43,281 bases of DNA, taken from positions 1-43,281 of the IMG/VR virus record IMGVR_UViG_3300017645_000047; one strand, given 5' to 3'. Within the stretch, counting starts at the first letter, position 1; each line of letters begins with the position of its first letter. This DNA is from a virus. Lineage: Duplodnaviria > Caudoviricetes. The notes under the pieces were generated by a model that worked only from the letters and a program-made list of their open reading frames with translations, was not told the origin of the DNA and did not search any database. A program made the position numbers and the translations under genes. Of the stretch, positions 1-6,486 are shown one piece after another.

Positions 1-67
1 AAATGCAGAAGTCACCCAGGCTGAAAGCGGCGGAAATACTCGGGCTGCGAGAGCTTCTGGAAAAGAA

Positions 68-123
68 TGGTGCGGACGGAGAGACTCGAACTCTCACAGC
101 TTGCGCCACCGGAACCTAAATCC
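68..123 (-). pseudogene. 3' half of the interrupted host tRNA-Leu(UAG), left attachment junction
   Basis: Minus strand reads GGATTTAGGTTCCGGTGGCGCAAGCTGTGAGAGTTCGAGTCTCTCCGTCCGCACCA (anticodon loop, long variable arm, T arm, CCA); phage DNA, not a D arm, lies upstream. Confidence 0.93.
112..123. repeat. att core, left copy (GAACCTAAATCC)
   Basis: Identical to 43159-43170; corresponds to the tRNA anticodon stem-loop. Confidence 0.93.
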
Positions 124-195
124 AATGGCCGGGGCAGTATCGCAGAAAAACTTGAGGAAAAACAGTGACTTAAGAAAGGAGCGAGTACCTAAAAC

Positions 196-1260
196 CTATG
201 CCACGACACCTCCATGCCACAACCCTGTGTCACGTGGCACGGCCCGTTCCAGCACCGTAATCGCCTCAGAGAGGTTCTGCGGGCACAGTTTGGCATAACG
301 CTGCGTGACTGTAATCTGTTTATGCCCTGCCAGCTTCTGGATGACCTCAATCGGCACGCCACGCTGCACCAGCCGCGAGCAGTAGGTGTGTCTCAGGGTG
401 TGGAAGATGAAGCCAGCGTCTTGCATTTTTCCCAGGTGACGACGCATGGTCGTCCAGTGGTGATCGACAGCATCCTTGGAGACAGGGAACAGGCGACCGT
501 CCTCGATCTTGGCGTACTTGATCCGACGAATTGCAGCCGCACGAGCGCGGGCAGTCATCGGGACATGGTGCTCGTTCTTGGCTTTCATCACAGAGCCAGG
601 GAGGCGAATCCAAGAGGTCTGGTCTATGTCGGCGATGTCGAGGTGCTCCACACGCAGAGCACGCAGGGTGCCCATACGGAGGCCGGTGTCGATTGCCAGG
701 ATCACCATGTCGACGTACATGTGCTTACCCACATGCTCGAAGTACTGCAGGATCTGCTGCTCCTCTTCCTCGCTGAAGTAGCGGAGGCGATGCTCCCCCT
801 CCTCCTGCCAGGAGAAGTGCGGCATGGTGAAGACAGTGCCACGCTGAGCCGCCACCTCAAGCATCGTGTGCAGTGCCGACAGTTTCCGATTGACGGTAGC
901 CCCGGTGTTGCCTTTGGCGTACCACTGCTTGATGCACGAGTCGACGTCGATGGTGGTGATCCGGGCGACGTGGGTGTTCTCCCCCAGGACGTCTAGGACA
1001 GCCTTGCCGTTCATTGCCAGCGACTTCGTCTTGTTGAACCAGCGATGCTCGCAGGTGTAGTCATAGGCTTGTTTGAGTGTTACTATCCGCGCCCCAGCTT
1101 TGGAGTCACCCATATCGGGCTGATCCCCACGAGCTAGGGCCGCTTTAGCGTCTGCCTCCCATCTCTCCGCCTCGACCTTGGTGGCGAAGTTGCGACGGTA
1201 ACGCTGACCTCGACTGGTGACGCTCGCTTGCCACGAGCTACCACGTTGATTGACAGGCAT
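196..1260 (-). CDS. int: Tyrosine recombinase / phage integrase
   Basis: Motifs DTGLR, HTLRH, LAGH and RY; ATG at 1260 with AGGAGG RBS; adjacent to att. Confidence 0.95.
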   Translation of the reverse strand: MPVNQRGSSWQASVTSRGQRYRRNFATKVEAERWEADAKAALARGDQPDMGDSKAGARIVTLKQAYDYTCEHRWFNKTKSLAMNGKAVLDVLGENTHVARITTIDVDSCIKQWYAKGNTGATVNRKLSALHTMLEVAAQRGTVFTMPHFSWQEEGEHRLRYFSEEEEQQILQYFEHVGKHMYVDMVILAIDTGLRMGTLRALRVEHLDIADIDQTSWIRLPGSVMKAKNEHHVPMTARARAAAIRRIKYAKIEDGRLFPVSKDAVDHHWTTMRRHLGKMQDAGFIFHTLRHTYCSRLVQRGVPIEVIQKLAGHKQITVTQRYAKLCPQNLSEAITVLERAVPRDTGLWHGGVVA

Positions 1261-1278
1261 AAGCCCTCCTTTTATACG
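1250..1278 (+). promoter_or_regulatory. Putative sigma70 promoter for the phage tRNA
   Basis: TTGACA(1250-1255)-N17-TATACG(1273-1278), ~21 bp upstream of the tRNA; overlaps the int start codon and RBS on the other strand. Confidence 0.6.
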
Positions 1279-1299
1279 CGGTTGGGTTTTCCTTGCCGT

Positions 1300-1384
1300 G
1301 CCCTGATGGTGAAATTGGTAGACACGCAGCACTTAGGATGCTGTGCCTTACGGTGTGTCGGTTCGAGTCCGACTCAGGGCACCA
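1300..1384 (+). tRNA. Phage-encoded tRNA-Leu(UAG)
   Basis: Acceptor stem GCCCTGA/TCAGGGC plus ACCA; D arm TGGTGAAATTGGTAGACAC; anticodon stem CAGCA/TGCTG with TAG at 1334-1336; long variable arm; GTTCGA T loop. Confidence 0.96.
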
Positions 1385-1423
1385 CTTTCAAGTCAAGAAG
1401 GGAGCCATTGCAGCCCCCTCCTC

Positions 1424-1798
1424 TCACTCGCTCTCAGCCTCGACAGCAGCCTCTTCGCTCACGTCCCCTCCATTGAGGAGGCGCGAGAGAGACTCGGCCA
1501 CGCGCTGACCTTTGGGGGTCAAGCGCATGACTTTGCGACGGCGTTCGCGCGGGTCTTCTTCCGCCACGATGAGATCCGGTCCCGGCTCACCATGGCGAGT
1601 CATTTTGGACAGAGCAGCGACGTTGCGCGAGCACGACGCCTGAGAAATGCCGAGCTTTCCGGTCAACTCCTTGGTTGTGATGCCTGGGCGCATGGCCACG
1701 AGCAGCAGGGTTGCAGCGGTTTGCATTTGCATCTCAGGGTCGAACTTGCGGAACTCCTCAAGGAAGAGGAGCCCTTTCATCATCGCCTTCTTGTCCAT
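1424..1798 (-). CDS. MarR-family winged-helix regulator, probable prophage repressor
   Basis: HTH (ITTKELTGKLGISQASCSRNVAAL) and MarR wing (EDPRERRRKVMRLTPKG); AGGAG RBS; upstream of int. Confidence 0.88.
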   Translation of the reverse strand: MDKKAMMKGLLFLEEFRKFDPEMQMQTAATLLLVAMRPGITTKELTGKLGISQASCSRNVAALSKMTRHGEPGPDLIVAEEDPRERRRKVMRLTPKGQRVAESLSRLLNGGDVSEEAAVEAESE

Positions 1799-1967
1799 GC
1801 CTGAGTCTCCTTTCATCTGAAACTATTAAGTGGAACTTCCAAAGCCAGATCAGAGTATCCCTCTCGTCGAGCGCCCAGTCAAGGTATTTATGCACTCGTG
1901 TATCGGAATTGTACTCGAAAAACACGCGGAATCCTAAGATGCGTGGGGAGCAATAAGACAGGTACAT
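1758..1967 (-). CDS. Small hypothetical protein upstream of the repressor
   Basis: ORF with AAAGGAG RBS; overlaps the repressor start. Confidence 0.55.
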   Translation of the reverse strand: MYLSYCSPRILGFRVFFEYNSDTRVHKYLDWALDERDTLIWLWKFHLIVSDERRLRHGQEGDDERAPLP

Positions 1968-2065
1968 GACCACTCCTTTCGTTCTGTCACATGCTTAAGA
2001 GATCTTAATACAGATCAATCCACCAATGTAATAGTCTCGACACAAAGGGCGCAACCTCCTGTCGC

Positions 2066-2797
2066 TCATCCCCTCCCTGACGTCATCCAGAACACCAGCA
2101 GATGACGCTCTCCCTCCTCCACCGGACAGCCCTTGTGCAGCAGCTGGTAGCCGTTGAACAAAAGGGCGTGTCCCTTGGGTATCGATGGGACATGCTCAAA
2201 CGTCCGCAGCCCAGTACGGACGCTGGTTCCACCGCCTTTGTAGCGCTCTGGAGCGAGGTTCACTACGGCGGTCATTGTGCTGTCTTCGTCGTGGTGCCAG
2301 CCGGTGCTTTTCGTCCCTTCAGAGGTGTACTTCGCCAGCTGAATCGAGTCGATTCGGTCAGGTTCACGACCAAAGAACAGCTTGCAGATCGGGTACAGTA
2401 TCTGTACTGAGAATGCCCTTACCGACCTATACAGTAGTGGAATCTTTTCGTGTAGGACGATCTCAGGAATGCGATAGGCATCGTCCTCCTGAAGGTTCGG
2501 CGTCCAGTTTTCTCCGTGCTTGCACACGTAATCGAGCAGCGCATCGCACAAGTCTGGATGCACTAGTGGAACGATTATGACTTGACCATTCGCATGTCTC
2601 GGCAGCCTCTCAAACCACTCCATGGCCTTCAGTTGCCCAGGTGTCAGATCACGCTCGTCCGGCACTTCAGCCAGGGTTTTTTCGAGGTGATCCAGCAGCG
2701 ACAGAAGGTCAGAAATGACGAGGGCCAGCTCCGGGTGGAGCCAGCCCTTCCACGGTTTACTCAGTTCTAGGGGTAGTTGCGTTACCACGTCTTCCAT
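2066..2797 (-). CDS. 2OG-Fe(II) dioxygenase (prolyl/lysyl-hydroxylase-like)
   Basis: HxD (WHHDED), GGGT, distal His (LLHKG), 2OG-binding Arg (GERHLLVFW); start codon uncertain. Confidence 0.85.
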   Translation of the reverse strand: MEDVVTQLPLELSKPWKGWLHPELALVISDLLSLLDHLEKTLAEVPDERDLTPGQLKAMEWFERLPRHANGQVIIVPLVHPDLCDALLDYVCKHGENWTPNLQEDDAYRIPEIVLHEKIPLLYRSVRAFSVQILYPICKLFFGREPDRIDSIQLAKYTSEGTKSTGWHHDEDSTMTAVVNLAPERYKGGGTSVRTGLRTFEHVPSIPKGHALLFNGYQLLHKGCPVEEGERHLLVFWMTSGRG

Positions 2798-2880
2798 AGG
2801 TAGTAGATCCAGACAACGGCGAGTACAGCGCCGGTTGCCAGATCCCACCTGGCTTCGGTGGTAAGCCTTGGTAGCTTCAT
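2782..2880 (-). CDS. Small membrane peptide (32 aa), not in the ORF track
   Basis: MKLPRLTTEARWDLATGAVLAVVWIYYLWKTW; ATGA overlap with the upstream gene; one hydrophobic segment. Confidence 0.5.
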   Translation of the reverse strand: MKLPRLTTEARWDLATGAVLAVVWIYYLWKTW

Positions 2881-3164
2881 GCAGCCAGCTCCTTCATCGC
2901 CTCTTCACGGTTGAACATAAGGAGTCCCTGGGAGATGACCATCATGATGTTCTCGGCGTTGATCAGCCGGTAACCACGGTCGGCCTGGGACCAGATTCGG
3001 TAGTAGGTCTTCGCGCCGTCCTTCGTCTGCTGGACCAGCCCCGCCGCGTTCACGCCGAAGCGGCCATTGATGGTGCGGACGGTGCCGTCGTTCTTACGGA
3101 AGGTGACGGTCAAGAACCGGCCACCAGCGTTCCGAATCACAGCGTCGATCAGTTGGTTTTTCAT
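2877..3164 (-). CDS. Early protein with a possible SH3/WYL(Sm)-like fold
   Basis: FLTVTFRKNDGTVRTING...WSQADRGYRLIN pattern; AGGAG RBS. Confidence 0.6.
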   Translation of the reverse strand: MKNQLIDAVIRNAGGRFLTVTFRKNDGTVRTINGRFGVNAAGLVQQTKDGAKTYYRIWSQADRGYRLINAENIMMVISQGLLMFNREEAMKELAA

Positions 3165-3245
3165 TGAGGTATCTCCTGCTGAGGTTCGAGTGAAACCAGC
3201 GGAGGACTCTCCAGGGTGAGAATCCTCGACTTGTGCCACTCGGGA

Positions 3246-3449
3246 TCAGCCGCGACTCTCATGAGTGCGACGTAATTCAGCCAGCTCGCGCTGCCATGCC
3301 TCTTCCTTGAGGTTGCGGACCTTCCGGTGCGAGCCGAGGCGAATCCTTGAGGGTTGTTCCGGGGAGGCGTAGCGGATGATCTCGCCGCCACGCGCTAAGA
3401 AAGCCCTGGTCTGTTCTTCGATGAGGTTGCGAACAGAGCTGGTGTGCAT
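3246..3449 (-). CDS. Hypothetical early protein
   Basis: 67 aa ORF with AGGAGG RBS. Confidence 0.65.
   Translation of the reverse strand: MHTSSVRNLIEEQTRAFLARGGEIIRYASPEQPSRIRLGSHRKVRNLKEEAWQRELAELRRTHESRG
3259..3276 (-). promoter_or_regulatory. Phage RNAP promoter (variant)
   Basis: ATTACGTCGCACTCATGA, near match to the repeated consensus ATTAGGWCGCACTNATGG. Confidence 0.6.
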
Positions 3450-3479
3450 GTGTTGCCTCCTAGTGCTATCGAATCGGCA

Positions 3480-3707
3480 TCACCAAGTAGTGTCTACGAC
3501 GCCCGATTCAAGCGTGACCTTGGCGAGGTTCGCCGTGGGGATCGAACGAAGTCCGCTTGCCGACTGGACTTCTGCAACTTTTCCGTCACAAATCAGCCGA
3601 CGAACGGTGCCCACGAAGGCGACAACGTCCGGGGCATGTAGCGTTCTGCGGATGACCGCCGCGTTGAAGCAGACGCGGTCTCCCTCGGACAGGACCAGGG
3701 GCATCAT
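3480..3707 (-). CDS. Hypothetical early protein
   Basis: 75 aa ORF, translationally coupled (ATGA overlap). Confidence 0.6.
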   Translation of the reverse strand: MMPLVLSEGDRVCFNAAVIRRTLHAPDVVAFVGTVRRLICDGKVAEVQSASGLRSIPTANLAKVTLESGVVDTTW

Positions 3708-4075
3708 CTCCCCTGCCCCCAGGTCATGACGGTATCCGCCGTCTCGCGCAGCTCCTGGGCGCGACCATTGAAGAAGTCCTCGGCCAGGACGGAGCGCATG
3801 GAAGGCATCACCAACTCGGCGTCCTCCCAGGTGGGTAATAAGCCCAGGGTCGCCGCCTCGGCGGTCTCCCGCGTCAGCGTCATTCCTACCGGGTTACCCG
3901 AGGCTGTGATCTGCGCGATCAGGTAGCCACCACGCCGACCGGCTAATAACCAGTACACGCGGCCCAGGTCGTCGACCTTCAGCCACTTCCCACGGAAGCG
4001 ATCCGCTAATAAGTCGAACGAGTCTGCGGAGTCGCGTAGCTGGGCGATGATCCCTTTGCGATCTACGGTGCTCAT
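3704..4075 (-). CDS. Hypothetical early protein
   Basis: 123 aa ORF with AAGGA RBS. Confidence 0.7.
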   Translation of the reverse strand: MSTVDRKGIIAQLRDSADSFDLLADRFRGKWLKVDDLGRVYWLLAGRRGGYLIAQITASGNPVGMTLTRETAEAATLGLLPTWEDAELVMPSMRSVLAEDFFNGRAQELRETADTVMTWGQGR

Positions 4076-4148
4076 TGGGTTGGTTCCTTGTGTGGTTTAC
4101 GAGTAAAGCCAGCGGAAGGCACCGGCTGATGCCTTCGACTTGCCTTGC

Positions 4149-4325
4149 TCAGGGGATGGACAGTGTCACCACCCAGGCCGGAGGCAATAAGCGGACTCCG
4201 TACCCGGTGTGGATCTGACGGGCAGGAATGCGCCCGACCTTGGCTCTGCCTTGGTGTGCAGCCGCGCGTCGTAATAACGGGACGGTCTCTGCGATGGTCG
4301 GACAGGCGACGCTGTAGCTCTGCAT
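4149..4325 (-). CDS. Small hypothetical early protein (58 aa), not in the ORF track
   Basis: MQSYSVACPTIAETVPLLRRAAAHQG...VVTLSIP with GGAGG RBS. Confidence 0.5.
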   Translation of the reverse strand: MQSYSVACPTIAETVPLLRRAAAHQGRAKVGRIPARQIHTGYGVRLLPPAWVVTLSIP

Positions 4326-4340
4326 GGTTCGCCCTCCCCC

Positions 4341-4484
4341 TCACGCCCAGGACTTGCCCGGACGGCAGTCGGCGGCAGCCATGGCAGCTAAGCGGAAGGC
4401 GAAAGGCGCGTTCATTGCGGCGATGCGGCCCAGCTTCTGAGCCAGGGCGCGGGCTTGTGCGAGTTGGTCTATGCGCTTGGGCAT
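4341..4484 (-). CDS. Small hypothetical early protein
   Basis: MPKRIDQLAQARALAQKLGRIAA..., GAGGA RBS. Confidence 0.6.
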   Translation of the reverse strand: MPKRIDQLAQARALAQKLGRIAAMNAPFAFRLAAMAAADCRPGKSWA

Positions 4485-4560
4485 GGTTGGTTCCTCAGTA
4501 GTGAATCCATCGAGAGCCACCACGCCGGATGGCTCTGAATTGATGCACTAGTGGATACAT

Positions 4561-5289
4561 TCAGGCAGCCGCAATCAGATTGACGTGGCCGTACTTGGCG
4601 ACGTACCGGCTGGACAGGCTGCCGTGGACGTTGATAACCACGGATGCACCGTCACGCCTGGCGCCATTGCACAGCCCGCAATCTGCACAGCTCAGGCCTT
4701 TCGATTCAGCGAGGCATTCCACTTCGCCAGGAAGCATCGGAGCGTCTGCAGTCTTGACGCGGAATGTCCGGCGTCCGTGCGACTGGTGCGCTGCCGCTTG
4801 CTTGGGGGTGTCAGCCGATACCATCACCCACTTCAACAGCTCATGCTGGAAGTTCGCATGGGCAATCTGGTGTGTGTATCCGGTCCAGCTTTCGGCGCGT
4901 TCCAGCACACTCCCCCACACATCGGCGGGAATCGCTGCCGGATCACCATAGGCGCCAAGACGGACTTTCCTTCCGGCGAAGGTCGAAGGGTTCCACTCGT
5001 GGGAGTAGCTCCCGCGCTTGTATGCCTTCCACACCGCCATCGGTGCTTGGCCTACGTTCACATAGCACGCACCGCCGATAGAGCGACGTTGCGGGCATCC
5101 ACCGCAGATCGATGCATCCGCCTTCACGTCCAGGGCTACCAGTGGCGACATATCTGCACGGAGAATCCACGTTTGGGCCACATCGCCGGTCTTGGGGTTG
5201 TTGGTCGACATGGTTGCGATTGCCACGATGGGAGCCCCGTCTAACATCGACGGGCCTTCATAGATGACGTATCCGTTGGGCTTTTTCAT
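4561..5289 (-). CDS. Cys-rich, putative Fe-S (radical-SAM-like) phage protein; first early gene
   Basis: CxxC-x7-CY (CGGCPQRRSIGGACY), RLGAYGDP, WTGYTH and C-terminal C-x7-CxxCxxC; ATG at 5289 with AGGA RBS. Confidence 0.7.
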   Translation of the reverse strand: MKKPNGYVIYEGPSMLDGAPIVAIATMSTNNPKTGDVAQTWILRADMSPLVALDVKADASICGGCPQRRSIGGACYVNVGQAPMAVWKAYKRGSYSHEWNPSTFAGRKVRLGAYGDPAAIPADVWGSVLERAESWTGYTHQIAHANFQHELLKWVMVSADTPKQAAAHQSHGRRTFRVKTADAPMLPGEVECLAESKGLSCADCGLCNGARRDGASVVINVHGSLSSRYVAKYGHVNLIAAA

Positions 5290-5580
5290 AGGTTGGTTCC
5301 TGTAGTAGTTTTTGGCGTTGTATCCATGAGTGGATACCTGTAGGCGCACTAATGCCGCGAATGCGGCTACAGGTAGGCACTCGAAGGGTATCGCCCCCTC
5401 CGCCACCGCCAGGGTGACTTCAGGGGCTTCCCTTGGAGCTAAACCAGCAACTAGGCCCAGTTTCCAGATTGTTAAAGAGCGTTCGAGTCTTGCTAGGGGG
5501 CTGATCTATCCACTTGTGAGAGATCGATCAATCCGTCCGCTTTACCGATTGCACCAGCGTTGGCGCTTTCGATGGGAGCC

Positions 5581-5608
5581 ATTCTATGCACTCGTGGATA
5601 CATGTCAA
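5581..5608 (-). promoter_or_regulatory. Main early sigma70 promoter with an operator in its spacer
   Basis: TTGACA(5608-5603)-N16-TAGAAT(5586-5581); operator ATGCACTCGTGGAT at 5586-5599. Confidence 0.82.
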
Positions 5609-5657
5609 CAGGGGAAACGAAAAAATTTTCAGGCGAGTGGACAGCGATAGGATGGGA

Positions 5658-5705
5658 TCACTAGATGTAGCGATAGGATGGCGACAGGAACACTATATGT
5701 TGTGT
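5658..5705. promoter_or_regulatory. Tandem NrdR-box-like sites
   Basis: TCACTAGATGTAGCGA (5658-5673) and ACACTATATGTTGTGT (5690-5705), 32 bp apart; compare consensus acaCwAtATaTwGtgt. Confidence 0.65.
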
Positions 5706-6039
5706 CTTAAGGAAAAAAATAAGACACCACACCACAAGAGAACGCAGAAGAAAGGCGAGCCAGCCCCCAGCAAGGCAAGTCCCAGGATGCCCCCTTTTGC
5801 TCACCCTTCGGATTCATCATCTAGCGTGGATGCCCGATTTGCGCGGCTTCTGGGCGAGGCGTGGCATTGATGCGTGGAGCGGAGACCGTCCGGAACCCCC
5901 GAAAGCTGGACCGAGCGGGGTGGGTGGAGGGGGGAGCGCCGGTCGAGCCAAAGCGCTTTACCACTTCAAATTTTTGTCGAAAATTCTCCCTGGGTTCAAC
6001 CCGAGCGAATCAGCGAACAGATCACCCCAAGGAGGAACC

Positions 6040-6411
6040 ATGCGACACCTGCTCACCCTCGGAGCAGTCCTACTGTTGGCCGGATGTGCAACCGCAGCGA
6101 AGTACGAGGCTTCCCTGAACACCTACGTGGGGAAACCTGAGTTGGACTTGGTGCGCGACTGGGGAGCGCCCGCTCAGACCTACGAGACTGGAGGCTCGAA
6201 GTTCTTGATGTACAGCTCGCGGAGGACGCTCGTCTTCCCTGGAACACCTCCTACGTACACCACAAGCTACTCCGGCTACCAGGCCTACACGACAACCACT
6301 GGTGGCACCCCACCGGCACGCATACCGATGTCCTGTGAGACGACCTTCGAGGTGATCGATGGAAAGGTCTCATCGTGGACCTACAAGGGGAATGACTGCA
6401 CGGCTATGTAG
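6040..6411 (+). CDS. Lipoprotein moron
   Basis: AAGGAGG RBS; signal peptide with lipobox LLAG-C; opposite strand to the lytic genes. Confidence 0.85.
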   Translation: MRHLLTLGAVLLLAGCATAAKYEASLNTYVGKPELDLVRDWGAPAQTYETGGSKFLMYSSRRTLVFPGTPPTYTTSYSGYQAYTTTTGGTPPARIPMSCETTFEVIDGKVSSWTYKGNDCTAM

Positions 6412-6486
6412 GAAAAGAATGGGGTTAGCAGGAACGCCAACCGTTCGTTTATCCTGCGAGCCCCTATCTCAGGAAGAGACCATTCC

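Noticed and set aside
1261-1332. N-terminal extension of the integrase in the ORF track (start 1332)
   Set aside because: Overlaps the tRNA; ATG at 1260 has a clear AGGAGG RBS
1970-2060. LexA/SOS box upstream of the repressor unit
   Set aside because: No CTG-N10-CAG match noticed; only the phage operator is present
5797-6039. Upstream extension of the lipoprotein ORF (204 aa)
   Set aside because: ATG at 6040 has a strong RBS and begins the signal peptide
6040-6411. Lipoprotein as an o-spanin or u-spanin
   Set aside because: Wrong strand for late transcription, no partner i-spanin and no C-terminal TM segment
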